Positions 37,500 to 50,873 of a DNA stretch of 64,000 nt are shown here, piece by piece. Source of the DNA: Octopus vulgaris (taxonomy: Eukaryota). Within the stretch, counting starts at the first letter, position 1. Each line of letters begins with the position of its first letter. A model generated the notes under the pieces. That model saw only the letters and a list, made by a program, of their open reading frames with translations. It searched no databases and had not been told where the DNA came from. Position numbers and translations under genes: made by a program. The stretch spans positions 25,296,001-25,360,000 of the forward strand of contig OX597815.1 of the NCBI GenBank assembly GCA_951406725.2, in the 5' to 3' direction.

Positions 37500-39900
37500 G
37501 AACCAAAATTCGAAATCCAGTCTAGATTTCTCTATGAGTCCCTTTCTATTGTTCCCGACATTTACACTAAGATATTTATGAGAGTCAACAGTTATATTTA
37601 GAAAAGTTCTATTGTTTCCTATTGTAGATTAAATACACTTCAGAGCAGATAACAGACAAAAATTTTTTTTGTTTAGCATGATCTAATTTAAGTAGGAAAA
37701 TATAAATACAGAACCCAAATTCAGTTCTCCCTTTTCACTCAGTGCTTTGCCTACAGAACATATCACGCTTTTGCCTAGCGTCTGACAGAAGCTCTTCTTA
37801 CATGTCAATGAAATTCTGTACAACTTTCAACCTCTCAACTCTTGAACCCAGAAAGGTAAATTCTATTACCTTTTCTCTCTCCTTCTTCCACCCATCTTCT
37901 AGCAGTTACATAAATGAACACATCTACCTCTGAAATGGATAACAGAAATTCAATTTTTTTAATACAACATCAACTTGAAGCAGTTGTACTTTATATTGTA
38001 ACAGTAAAATAAAGGCCATTTCAACTATTATTTTCTTCTGTCATGGACCTCTCAACAAATCCATTACACACTTGGTAACACCTGACGATTGATCTTCAAT
38101 ACTTCTATGTCTCAGCTGGAGCGTGACATATCAATATATAACTACTTATAAGTGTTATAAATTTATTTCAAACCAATGCCTCCTCTCCCTCAGTAGAACT
38201 GGTAGATCGAGGATTTCTAGATGATATTCATAATCTCTGAACCCAAATCACCTAGATTTTTGTTGACATCCAGAGTTGTTGAGAAGGCCATCTCCCTTTC
38301 CCACCACTAGTCTTCTATAGATTACAAACGTGTGAGTTTCACCAGTATATTACCCAACTGGTAGGAGAATGTGATCACCCACCTGACAATATTTCAGTAG
38401 CAGATGAACTGCTTGTCCAATGAAATCAGTCTCTTCCACAAAATGCAAAAGAACAGATGCTCCAATCTAGTCAGATGAAAATTGGAGCAAAGCATGACAA
38501 TCGGGCATTAATATATAAGAGAGGGGATGTACCGCATTTTGACGTGTATAAGGAAACCCCTAATTTGGGGTGCTTAAATTTGGAAAAAAGGTTTTGTAAG
38601 GGATTATAATACTAGCCATGTATAAGAAACTCCCATATTTTTTAACCTAATTTTTGACAAAATACGGTACGTGTTCACTACCTCTGACCGACTTTTCAAA
38701 AACAGCTTCTTTTCAGCCCGTTTCTTTGTGAGATTAGTGACCCAATTCAAACCAGAACTTAAGCAACTTGATTCATTAGTTCAACGCTTTATGTCACTGA
38801 CAGGTACCAGGGACTTGTTTCTCCAAGTACCACACTATAAGTATTTATTTGATTAATTATTTGCTCTGGTCACTGCCTCATATTCCTGTAGAACAGTGCC
38901 TTCCGCCTTGACTTTTGTGTATAGCACTATAATGGAGACATCTCCCGCATATGTTGATATAATACTCCTGCATCTCACTTCAAATAGAATGCCTCCCAAC
39001 ACCTCTACTTATATATAGTGACATATATATGACGAACCAAGCATCTAATTCAAAACAATTTCAATAGGTTGCCGTTTAGTCTTACAACTGAAAAGACGTT
39101 GCTAGTCTTTGAAGCCATGTAGCCTCTGAAAATAGGACAAAGTCCAGATGACTGAGGACTGTCTCCAAGTAATGACATCGGAATCTATCGGATGATACAA
39201 ATTGATTAGAATTCAATCAAAACCAGATTTGTTCCTCATCCCCTCTATGATGTTGTATGTAGGATGGTAGCTATAGTGGATAGATTAGTGAATTAGTTTT
39301 AGACCGTATTTAACTTAACCTTAGTGTTAATCTTACACTTGACCTGTGGTCCAACATTGTGGTCCACTATGGTCCACTGATGTTAATTGGTTTAGAGTTT
39401 TAAGACATAAGGATAATTCATTCAAGTAGTTATAGATAATTATTAATCTAGTGTTTCTTCTATCTTGTGAAATAAATCCAATGGGAAACTTTGATCTAAC
39501 AAGAAAGGAGATAGATATTATTTTCACAGTTTGACGCAGTATTGTTAAGTTCAGTTGGAAGCTCTGGACAGGAGGGATTCTTTGAACAGTTTTAATATCA
39601 CCAAGGCATCTTACCTTGGTGACAGATCTCATTCAGATGTATTTATTACACCCCCACCCGATTTATCTATACAAGCCATGTATGGGCTAGAAGCTAAGAG
39701 ACTGTTTTACCACAATCTACAGGATGTCTTCTTTCTGACACATAGTTGGCTCTATATACATGAAATCTGAAGACCAACTGGACACCACAAACAACCAAGT
39801 GGATCATCATGGAGAAATCTACACTTTATGTAAATGGATCAAAGAGATGCAAGCTATACATAGCTGAAAGATCACACATTCTTTAACTTAGTTCTAGATA
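37500..39900 (-). mobile_element. Highly decayed non-LTR retrotransposon (possibly Dong/R4-like)
   Basis: Residual GRGGIGL-like motif at ~38170-38195 on -; no long ORF remains. Confidence 0.3.
38532..38667. mobile_element. Tc1/mariner (Tc2-like) MITE
   Basis: TA|CCGCATTTT ... AAAATACGG|TA. Confidence 0.6.
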
Positions 39901-39982
39901 TGAGTAGCATATGGGAACTGGTATTAAGGAAGGATAGGAGAATGTTAGATGTATAAGCCCTAAAATTAACTCCATAATTGCC

Positions 39983-40220
39983 CACGAGCATATGCCGTAG
40001 TGGTTAAGAGCGCGGCTACTAACCCTAAGATTCTGAGTTCGATTCTAGGCAGTGACATGAACAACACCAGTAACATCGAAAAAATACCTTAGGAATGAGA
40101 ACCCAGGTTCCAAATTTCCCCATCAGCTGAAATGTTGTGTCAACAACAAACAAGATGAGGACAAATATCCGTCAAATGTAAATAATGTACATAATTCCTC
40201 ATCTCTTAAATATAGAACTA
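39983..40220 (+). mobile_element. tRNA-derived SINE (different family)
   Basis: tRNA-like head GCCGTAGTGGTTAAGAGCGC..GAGTTCGATTCT followed by an unrelated body. Confidence 0.6.
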
Positions 40221-40356
40221 TATTAATAATGTTACATCATGCAAAAAAGACCGTTTTCATCAGGTGAATACAAGTAAGAACAACAGATTGGTGAGAGAGT
40301 GAAGATTCTAAATTAGCATCAAGTTCATAAAACGGAATTCGTTAAGATTATATATG

Positions 40357-41000
40357 TAGTGTATTTTGCAGGCATGATGTAGATTCGATCCTAGATAACC
40401 AAATTTAAATTAACACTTCAACATCACTTTTCTCACGGTAAAACAATAGTTTTTCTTTGACAGCAGTTTACATTTGCCAGATGCCTTAGCTAAGCAAAAT
40501 AATGTCTTCGCCACTTGATCCTTCTGACCTCTTACAGGCCACCAAAAGCTAGAATTAAGATAACAAGTACCACCAACGAAATCTATTGTTCTCAACAATA
40601 TGTCTTTCCTTCTGGATAGTTATAAAAACAAGAACCCCCAAGCAAAATCAGCGAGTTAGTGAGAACGGAGTCTGGCTGACCGGCTGAACAAACGCCGTCA
40701 CAAAAGAAAAGGGCACAAAAGGACAACTATGGTAACTCACCAGCGAAGCAGTTGTTTCGTCCCACACTCTCTCACTAGCTCGCTTTATTTTTCTCTTACA
40801 ACATCACTCTATCTCTATCTGTAATTGCTACTGCACAATGACGAGAACACAAACACAAACTATTCAAGGAAAATCTACGACATCTATCTTTACTTCGCAT
40901 GCTTTACGATTTTATCATCTGCCCGTCGAGGCAAGATATTTTACATTGTAACGGTAAATAAATATTTTCTTCACAACTTCAATCGCTGTTCTTTTATCTT
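40357..41000 (+). mobile_element. Copy of the 31515-32150 repeat
   Basis: Reverse-complement homology, e.g. GTAACGGTAAATAAATAT and GGACAACTATGGTAAC. Confidence 0.65.
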
Positions 41001-41150
41001 TACATAATGGCAATCAACGAAGAACAATTCTTACAAACTGAATACGACTCCGACGTTCCATACTATTGTTTTTAAAAATTAATTTCAACCGTTACAAATT
41101 GGTGACTCAACCGTTACACTAATTAACTTCTACCGTTACATATATACATA

Positions 41151-41794
<644 letters not shown>

Positions 41795-41809
41795 TACCGA
41801 ATCTCCTTC

Positions 41810-43110
41810 TTAGTTAAGTTAGTTAAGTTAAGTTAATTTTTGGGCTCAAAAAGCAAAAAGCAAGGCCATGTAGGGGGACATGGAGTTATGTACTGGGTGG
41901 TGTTCATGCAAAGAGTTCAGGCCATTTCCGGTCAAGAGAGACTTTGAACCGAGCGGTCGTCGGCATCTTCACCATCTCGTCCGGCAGCTTATTCCACGGA
42001 TCCGCAACCCGGACGGAGAAAGCCCCTCTCCTTCAATTGAGATGAAATCGTCGCAGATAGAGCTTTTCGGAGTGACCCCGCAGCCGACGCTCTGGAGCAG
42101 GAGTGAAGAACAGTTCTTTCGAGAGGTTACACTTTCCGCTTATGATGTTGTGAGCAAGAATGAAATCACCACGGCGCCGTCGTTTTTCTAGAGAATAAAG
42201 GTCGAGCGTCTTCAGCCTTTCTTCATAAGATAAATGCTTGAGACCAAGAACCATGCGGGTAGCCAGCTTCTGGACTCTTTCGAGATGATGTATGTCTTTG
42301 AGGAGATAAGGAGAAGAGGCTTGAATCCCGTACTCCAATATGGGTCTCAACAGCGTGTCATAGAGCGGTAGGAATATGGCTGCTGTGAGCATTCCGAATG
42401 ACCGTCGAATCAAAAACAGAACTCCGCGTGCTTTGTTGGCAGCATGGACGCACTGGGCCGAAGGTGAAAAGGAAGAATCTACCAAGATACCCAGGTCCTT
42501 TACCTGGTCGGTCCTCTCCAGCAGCAGACGACCCGGCTCGAAATCAAGTTGAGTTGCAGGAGAAGAGCCAACGGGCAGATGACAGCACTTTGACACGTTC
42601 AGACACAGGTCCCATTCGTTAGACCATCTCCAAACTTGGTGGAGGCATCGACGAAGATCATCTAAATCACTGCGAGGAGCGACCAGTTTGACATCATCGG
42701 CAAATAGAAGGGTGTGTTGCGTGAGGTCGTCGGGCAAGTCATTTATGAAGACTAAGAACAATAAGGGCCCAAGCACTGAACTTTGAGGCACGCCACTGCT
42801 CGCACTGGAGACGTCGGACGGCGAACCATTAACTTGGACTTGGAAGGAACGATCTGAGAGGAAGGCACCAACCCATCGTACAATATCCGGATGGAAACTA
42901 TATGCTTGAAGCTTGACAAGTAATAGGCGGTGGTTAACCGAGTCAAAAGCTTTGGCAAAGTCCAATAAAACGATGTCAACAGCATCACCATCATCCAGGA
43001 TACGCGTCACCAATTCTTCCATTACCAGTAAGTTGGTCAAGCATGATATCTTCGGCACGACGTGTTGGGAATCAGAGATAGAGGCTGTGTTTTGGAGGTG
43101 GAGCAACATA
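41810..43110 (-). mobile_element. 5'-truncated CR1-clade LINE with a nearly intact RT (ORF 42033-43415)
   Basis: SCLTNLL..VDIVLLDFAKAFDSVNH..SGVPQSSVLGPLLFL..LLFADDVKL..KDLGIL..RPILEYG..LERVQKLATRMV..LSYEERL; (TTAAC)n tail; CpG-rich, so young. Confidence 0.92.
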
Positions 43111-43541
43111 CGCCCCCTGATAAAAATGTCCCCAGATGTGTGTGACAGCACAGAGGACCTCTTCAGCAGAATCAATGAGTGCAACCATGCCCACGACCTG
43201 ATAGGCAGTATTGATTTTGATTTTGCTGTGGAGAAATGTGTGGAGGTGATCAGCGAGAGTAATGTGGAGTTCCGTGGTGCTGACACTGAAGAACTAGGCC
43301 TCCTCCTGAGACAAACATGCGACAATGAGTATTTAGATAAACATGACTTTAGTTGTTTCTGCCCCACTGGATCGATAAGAGGCAGACACCCCACCATTAT
43401 AACTTCTATAGCCAAGAAGACCCGCCAAAGAGAGATGGAATGGGTTGACCAGAGCTATACGGACTCCTGAAAATAATGATCAGGTTAAAAAGATTGTTAC
43501 ACATGAGGTGGGTGCGTGTACCAAGACCACACTCAAGGGCC

Positions 43542-43622
43542 AAATTGTTTTCTTATATCAGAGTAATAAGGCGTTTCAATAGAACATCTTTACCCCCGGG
43601 AATTAGCGGGTACATCAACTAG

Positions 43623-43673
<51 letters not shown>

Positions 43674-43778
43674 ATATATATATATATATATATATACTAG
43701 CTGGTGTACCCAGTAATACCCGGGGGGTAAAGATGTTCTATTGAAACGCCTTATTACTCTGATATAAGAAAACAATTT
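43542..43778. repeat. Inverted repeat (~83-bp arms of a Helitron 3' end) around a TA/TG microsatellite
   Basis: AAATTGTTTTCTTATATCAGAGTAATAAGGCG..CTAGTA vs TACTAG..CGCCTTATTACTCTGATATAAGAAAACAATTT. Confidence 0.85.
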
Positions 43779-45055
43779 CGTTTTCTTATAAAAACTGCCA
43801 CGAAAGGTGTATTTTCCGTTGCGAAAAAGTTCAAAAAACTGTCAGCTGGAGGAGGGAGAGATTGTTGAGGTTGGAGAGAGAGGTTTTCGGAGGTTGGCGA
43901 GAAAGATTGTCGGAGGTTGGTGAGGGAGATTATATAAATATATGAATGAAGTGTTTGAAGAAAGTGCAATAATAACATTCACACTCACTGATGGTCGCTC
44001 TCAGTAACTGCCTTTAGCTTACGGAGTTCTTGTTTTTATAACTAACAAAAAGCAACCAGGACAGACATATTGTTGAGAACATGATTTTGTTCGAGGTCTG
44101 TTATCTCCATTCCAGCCAGTGGTTAGAAGAGGTTAGAAGGGTCAAGCGGCAAAGACATTATTCTGCTTAGCAAAGGGAAATGTATAACTGCTGTCATTCA
44201 CAGAAAAACTATTGTTTTACCGTGAGAAAAGAGCTGTTGAAGTGTTAAGTGAAATTTGGCAATCGAGGAACGAATCCACGCTATGCCTGCATAAAACCAC
44301 TACAAATACGTTGTGAAATAAAAATATTTATCTACTGTCATGGAAAAAGTGCAACTGTAAAAATGCAGAATTATCGGAGTAATGGGCATTCAAAAAAGTA
44401 TGTATGCATAGAAATATATGAATGAAGTCTTTAAGGTTTAAGATTCAAATTAAGGAATTGCTATAATAATGTTTAGCAGTTCAAAACTGTGAGTATTGAA
44501 ATGAAGAATTAGGTCGGCTGATCGTGAGAATCAAATATTGAACACTTCGCTAAAAACTGCAGCTGGTGTGGATTAGTTCCCTTGGATTGTTTAAATAAAA
44601 TATTAGTAATATGTAGTAATGTGTAGTAGATGGAAGGATCCTATTATCAAGTTTTCAACAATATAAGTACGTCACAAGGTTTCCAGACATGAGTTCTATC
44701 CACGTGTCAAATAAAATGATATTTTCTGCAAAAATTAGAAATAGGACACAAAAAATCAATATTCAAAGTAATCGAACATAAACAATGAAATGGATTATTT
44801 TCTTTGTTTAGAAAAAATATTGTGCAGATGCTATGGGTTATTTCCCTTGGGTGTTTAAAAATAGTTATATGAGATAGATATAAAGGTCCCTTCCAGGGGC
44901 TGTATTATCGATTTTTTCCAACTATCTAACTATGTCACAGGGTTTCTAGACATGAGTTCTACTCACCTGTCAAGTTTCCTCAAAATCAATAAAACAACGT
45001 AGGAGGAGTTAGCTAACAACACCACAAACAAACATATACCGACATATGTAGTAGA
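43697..45055 (-). mobile_element. Non-autonomous Helitron containing a nested repeat (43975-44305)
   Basis: Minus-strand CTAG 3' end with hairpin CCCGGGTATTACTGGG; probable TC 5' end near 45055. Confidence 0.5.
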
Positions 45056-45112
45056 TAACTACACGTGTACCGTTGGTGATTTCTTCTCCATCTTCAGACT
45101 TTTCCCTTACTC

Positions 45113-45147
45113 TTTTCCGACGAAGAGCTATGCTTGAAACGTCAAAC
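45113..45147 (+). ncRNA. Minimal hammerhead motif (family 1, variant CCGACGA)
   Basis: TTTT-CCGACGA-A-GAGC-TAT-GCTT-GAAAC-GTC-AAAC within repeat 45060-45240. Confidence 0.5.
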
Positions 45148-45337
45148 TCTCTTTCACTGAGCATCAAGGTAATACATTTCTTATGCACGTCCTTCTTTTT
45201 TTTTTCGCTTATTTCTATTTTTGCTTTGAACTGCTTGCTTATTTGAATTGATCTTATATACACTCACACTCTCACACACACACACACACACGCGCGCGCG
45301 CACACGAACGCGCGCACACACACACACACACACACAT

Positions 45338-45370
<33 letters not shown>

Positions 45371-45560
45371 AGGAATGTGGGTTCGAGTCCCACGCGGATA
45401 GGAAAGCCTTCTTTTCTCTGTCGAGGGTTTATATGCCCCTTTATTAAACTATTTCCCTTAGTCGGTGCACGGTGATTACCATCAGCTTTAAGCTTATATA
45501 AATACCATTATTATTATTTACAGGATTGTAAATCATGGCGCCGTATAACAAAGCCATTCG

Positions 45561-45638
<78 letters not shown>

Positions 45639-45724
45639 ATCCAAACATGAAAACACAAAGAGAAAACACAACGCGAGGACGTGGAACAAGTATAGTATTA
45701 TTGGACGCTCAGGAAAGAAGGAGG

Positions 45725-45759
45725 GTTTAACGTTTCGAGCGGAGCTCTTCGTCAGAAAC
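45725..45759 (-). ncRNA. Minimal type-I hammerhead ribozyme (family 1), core intact
   Basis: Minus strand GTTT-CTGACGA-A-GAGC-TCC-GCTC-GAAAC-GTT-AAAC; palindromic stem III (AACGTT); host repeat 45635-45829 ends in (TA)n. Confidence 0.75.
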
Positions 45760-45839
45760 ATAGGAAAAGGAAAGATCCAAAGAAGGGAAGACGGAGGGGA
45801 AAAATCGCCAACGGTACACATGCGGTCACTAGTCCAAGA

Positions 45840-46744
45840 TTTCACAGTCCAAAATTTCCGCAATGCAAACGCAGATTAAGGGAGGAAAAGAGAAAGTATA
45901 GTAATTTTCCTTTTAAGAAAAAACAATAAAGAAGATAAAAAATCCTCTCTACGGACAGTACTTTGCAAGTATTTTTGGAGAAATCTCTTGGAGCATGATC
46001 CATTCTTCCAGCATGGAAAATCTGCATTGCAATATGGACCATGAATCATATCAACAACGACTAAATAATGTAGTTCCTTATCTGTTGCTGGATCTGGGAT
46101 TTATGCTCGTACATAGTCGTCAATCTCTTTTGGCCTTATATTGTTTAGCAACCAAAAAAGAGCAAGCAAGTGTAGGAACCCACGTTTTTGATATTCAGCG
46201 GTATGAGTATGTGCTTTGACTTTACCACAGAGTTTTCTTTTGACAATCAAGTCCATAAACACCTGTTTCTTCAGATGGAAAACTCTTGCAATCAAATCTG
46301 GCCTGTCAGATGCCATCTATCCAGGAAAAAGATTTTGAGTAATTTCTGGCCACTCGGAATTACAAGTGTATTGAACAACGATGGTATTCCGTGTCTCCTC
46401 AAAATTTCCATGGCACCCCCCTGCTTTTCAGCCATGTATCTTGGACCCCCAGTAAATTTTGATGGAAGTAAGATCATTTTTCCATCATTAAATCATCATT
46501 GTCGTTTATGGCATCCGTTTGTTCCTTGTATACTCTTATTCTTTTACTCTTTTACTTGTTTCAGTCATTTGACTGCGGCCATGCTGGAGCACCGCCTTTA
46601 GTCGAGTAACTCGACCCCGGGACTTATTCTTTGTAAGCCCAGTACTTATTCTATCAGTCTCTTTTGCCGAACCGCTAAGTGACGGGGACATAAACACACC
46701 AGCATCAGTTGTCAAGCAATGCTAGGGGGACAAACACAGACACA

Positions 46745-46781
<37 letters not shown>

Positions 46782-47285
46782 ACATATAGACATATACATA
46801 TATACGACGGGCTTCTTTCAGTTTCCGTCTACCAAATCCACTCACAAGGCTTTGGTCGCCCCGAGGCTATAGTAGAAGACACTTGACCAAGGTGTCACGC
46901 AGTGGGACTGAACCCGGAACCATGTAGTTGGTTAGCAAGTTACTTACCACACAGCCACTCCTGCACCTGTTGTACTTCTTAAATAAACTTGATGCTGTAT
47001 AAAAAAAAAGAGGTTATTAGATGCGATTTTGGCAGCTTGATCGACCAAATACTGTTGGCATAATATTTCTTGATTGTCAATCGCTTATTGTTTGTCATAT
47101 TCAAGTGGATGTTCCACCCATTGTTACCTTCAGGAAAAAAGAGAACATATTGCAATGGGTCATACGAACGATGAGTTTCCGAATTTATGGTTAGTTCAAC
47201 TTTCCTTCAAGACGGTATGCAAGGGGGATGCATCTTGCTTTGTATAGGGTAAAATAACAGAGACTTCATTTGCAGTTGGTGCATC
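45840..47285 (-). mobile_element. Helitron RepHel pseudogene fragment, interrupted by a SINE
   Basis: LLPSKFTGGPRYM..HGIPSLF; DRPDLIARVFHLK; EYQKRGFLH (HUH motif region); APTANEVS..HRSYDPLQYVLFFPEG..GW. Confidence 0.85.
46530..46968 (-). mobile_element. Full-length tRNA-derived SINE (abundant family)
   Basis: Match to 30721-31150. Confidence 0.9.
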
Positions 47286-47289
47286 ACCT

Positions 47290-47982
47290 TCTAAAGAGGA
47301 ATAATAAAAGACACTCCTTTGAATGGTCCATTATTTCGAGAGCCCCAAACTTTAGAGTTAATATTAATAAATGTAAGCTATGTGTGAGGGAATACTTTGC
47401 TATCCTTAGGGTCTTTCGGGCCCAAAACATTAAATAAATTTGCTGAAGTGATCCCCTTTTGCAATCACAATTTCTCTTCCACTTTTTTGAGGGTGTATAG
47501 AAATAAAAATAGATGTGGTAAAAAATGATGTTTGGCCTTAAATGGGTTTCACTCATGGATTATTACCTTTTGGTGTGAGTGAGGTTATAATACCTTTTTA
47601 GTCGATTTATTCTTTATTTGTTTAACCGCTTTCTCAACTTTTTCAGCATGACATATTTTTAGTATTAATTATAATTTTTAGTCATTTTTTTATGGGACGT
47701 TCCTATACGTGTTTTTTTTTTTTGCATATATGTATATTTTTTTTTACCTTTAGTGGTTTTTCTGTATTTGTATTCTTATATATTTTATATTTTGATTTAT
47801 ATATTATGAAAGCCGTGGTAATATTTATTTATATATGATGTATTTTGGAGGTTTGATACCGTATATAAAGTCGTTAACTCATTTTAATGTTTGTTCTATG
47901 ACCAATGTTTAATTATCCTTGCCTCATTTATTTGAGCACTTCTTTTTAACAGTCCTATTAACTCTTTGTCTCTTGACGTATT
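47290..47982 (+). mobile_element. Penelope-like element 3' end (GIY-YIG C-terminus plus AT-rich tail)
   Basis: FEWSIISRAPNF..KCKLCVREYFAIL../LNKFAEVIPFCNH matches the PLE WSI..CxLCxxEK..LN..CRH signature; ends at (TA)n. Confidence 0.65.
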
Positions 47983-48474
47983 ATATATATATATATATAT
48001 ATATATAATACATACATACAGTGTATGTCAGTGGCACATAAAAGCACCTATTACACTCCTGGTGTATTTGGCGTTAGGGAGGGCATCCAGCTGTAGAAAC
48101 CATGCCAAATCAGACTGGAACCTGGTGCAGCTCTCCAGTCAAACCGTCTAACCCAGGGATGTCAAACTCATTTTAGTTCACTGGCCACATATCAACCCAA
48201 TTTGATCTGAAGTGAGATCATGGTATTAGAACCTGTGAATAGCAATTTCAAAATTTTCCCATTGTTTTAGCGTAAAAAAAAGTACATTCTGAAGATGTTC
48301 GTGTTTAAAGAGCAATTTTATTTTGCAAAACATTGAACAAGTGACTGTGGGAACCGTTAAAGAAGACGAAGTTATCACACTGCCTTGTAAATATATACAA
48401 TTTATAAATATTAAGAAAACACTTTGAAAACATTAAAAAACATTTTTTAATTACTTTTTGTCATTTATTTTTAA

Positions 48475-48850
48475 CTAGCAGTATCGCCCGGCGATATATA
48501 AGCATTTTTATAGATGTAAAGTATAATAGCCATCTCAATATGGCTAACCACAAAGGAGGGAGGGTGTTACTCTAGCTTTTTACGTTCTGAGATTTAATAA
48601 TACATTTTTAGAGAGTTACTTCCCTTATATAATAGCAAAAAAATGCATTAAAAATAGGAAAAATTGATGGTAAATTTTTTATTTTTAATCGTAGACTCGT
48701 CGTAGATGCGTGCTAATACCCAGAAGGGCTCGATATGAATCACGACTATAAGATACCCACTTTTGGTTACACTGCACCGCAAAATGTGGGAGTAGTTAGG
48801 AATCTAAATCGTAGGAGACAGACACACAACTTCACTTTTATATATAAAGA
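48475..48850 (-). mobile_element. Non-autonomous Helitron
   Basis: CTAGCAGTATCGCCCGGCG end shared with 33026-33408; TC 5' end. Confidence 0.75.
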
Positions 48851-49263
48851 TATGCTCCTGAAACTTGGCACCTTTTCTCTAACACAAGCGCATCAATATT
48901 AGCTGTCAAATCCTGAGTAGCAGCCAATTTCAGGATGTCATTTAGGTGCTTGTGTGTGAGCCTTGAGCGCAGTTTTATTTCCCGAATAGGCGCAAAAGTT
49001 TTACAGCAAGGACAGTTAATTTGGGGTACTTTGTCAAGAGATACTGATAATATGCGTCCAAGCCCACCGAGGTAAATTTATTCTTCAAATCTAAATTATT
49101 TCAAGTTGGATGTTGATGAGTGGATCAGAGGTGTTGACTGTAAATGGTGAGTGAAAAACTGTGAAATCTGTCTCAAGTTCATAAAAAAATCTGAAACCGT
49201 TACTCAAACTCTCACAGCAGTCCTGTGATATTGTCTTGGTACCGATTCATGTCAACATTATCT

Positions 49264-49640
49264 GCGCGATGGCCCAGTGGTTAGGGCAGCGGACTCGCGG
49301 TCGTAGGATCGCGGTTTCGATTCCCAGACCGGGCGTTGTGAGTGTTTATTGAGCGAAAACACCTAAAGCTCCACGAGGCTCCAGCAGGGATGGTGGTGAT
49401 CCCTGCTGTACTCTATCACCACAACTTTCTCTCACTCTTTCTTCCTGTTTCTGTTGTACCTGTATTTCAAAGGGCCGGCCTTGTCACTCTGTGTCACGCT
49501 GAATATCCCCGAGAACTACGTTAAGGGTGCACGTGTCTGTGGAGTGCTCAGCCACTTACACGTTAATTTCACAAGCAGGCTGTTCCGTTTGTCGGATCAA
49601 CCGGTACCCTCATCGTCGTAACCAACGGAGTGCTTCCACA
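49264..49640 (+). mobile_element. Ceph-type tRNA-derived SINE
   Basis: tRNA-like head; near-identical to 9414-9790; TSD ATCTGCG. Confidence 0.8.
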
Positions 49641-50829
49641 TCTGCGGTTGCAACAACATCTTTTAGACAAAGAAAATGAGCAGGGTCACCACCTGATAAC
49701 TATGTCTCACACAAAGTTAGCTTCAACTTGAATGCGCGTAAGCTTTCAAAATACTGTGTGACAGTTTATTTACGGCCTTGCAGCATTTTGTTCAGATTAT
49801 TCAAGTGCTCTGTAATATCTACGACAGATGTTACATCTTGAAGCCAGTCTGGTGATTGAAATTCTATCACTGATGAATGTTGATTGTTTGAACATGATTA
49901 ATGATAGTGTCGAGGATTCAATTTCTAATAGAAAAACTCATTAAAGTTATTTGTTGATTTGTTAAAAATATTGTATTGCAATAAATATATATTTATGACT
50001 AAGAACGTGTTTTCTTTTTTTTTAGGTCAACATTTCACTCTGTTTTACCTCACCCAAAATACCTTTGTCAAAAAGGAGGAAAGTTGATACAGAGTGTGGA
50101 TTATTTCAAGAAAAGTGCTCAGCTAAGCGTGATCTTTCTTTCTTGGCCTGACTGCCGCTCGCGCAACGCCTTATTTTCCTGTCTCCTGATTTTCATTTAT
50201 GTTTGTTGCCGTAAGGCCTCCACTTCACACGCCAGCTTAACTTAACTTGTACTTTTAGTCGAAAGACACCTAATGTTGTTATTCTTGTTGTTCGTAATCG
50301 TGTAACATTTTCTCCGTTTTCTCATTTTTTTTTGTCTGTGTTGTTGCACATATTCGCTCGCTGTCTTCCAAGAATTTAATGCCCTTAGCTTAGATTTTTG
50401 GGGTCTACCAATTTTGAACAGTCTCAAGTGTAACAGGCCGAAAATGTAATGATGATTGAAAGCTTGACTGAAGAATAGAAAGCCACAAATGTTCAATCCT
50501 TGTTTTCCTGTCCGTCTTTGTATCGTCCTTCATTACATTCTTGTTCCGTTTTTTGGTTATATAAAGTAGCATGAAACGATTGTACTACACTACCTTGGAT
50601 ATCCTTGCTGCTTTTTTTTATTATAATCACCCCATTTGATTTATATGGATACCATACCAAATTCTGGTGCCTTTAACTTAAGTACCATATTCATCTGAAT
50701 CTAAATGTTGCTGAACGTATATATATATATATATAATATTAATTAGAGACAAAACCACTATTTTGCAAATCAAACAAGGAAAGACTTAATCAATACATAA
50801 AAAAATTTTAATATAAAGTAAATAAATCG

Positions 50830-50873
50830 CCACTACAATTGTTTCCTGTCTTCAAATGACATTCATCAGGTGG
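50830..50873 (-). ncRNA. Minimal type-I hammerhead motif (family 3)
   Basis: Minus strand CCAC-CTGATGA-A-TGTC-ATTTGAA-GACA-G-GAAAC-AATT-GTA-GTGG; palindromic stem III ACAATTGT; the pair closing stem II is a mismatch; host element ~50735-50903 lies between (TA)n tracts. Confidence 0.65.

Larger units (their letters stand above)
48154..49870 (-). mobile_element. hAT (Charlie/SPIN, GTF2IRD2-like) transposon remnant with nested Helitron and SINE
   Basis: TIR CAGGGATGTCAAACTC; SRLTHKHLNDILKL..IDALV..RCQVS; DITEHLNNLNKMLQG..RAFKLKL. Confidence 0.75.

Noticed and set aside
42033-43415. 460-aa ORF as a host or domesticated gene
   Set aside because: Truncated CR1 RT with a LINE tail, non-ATG start in unrelated sequence and damaged motifs
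49264-49335. tRNA-like sequences (also 9735-9785, 39983-40056, 45371-45396, 59612-59670)
   Set aside because: No complete acceptor stem; they run into SINE bodies, so they are SINE heads or fragments rather than tRNA genes
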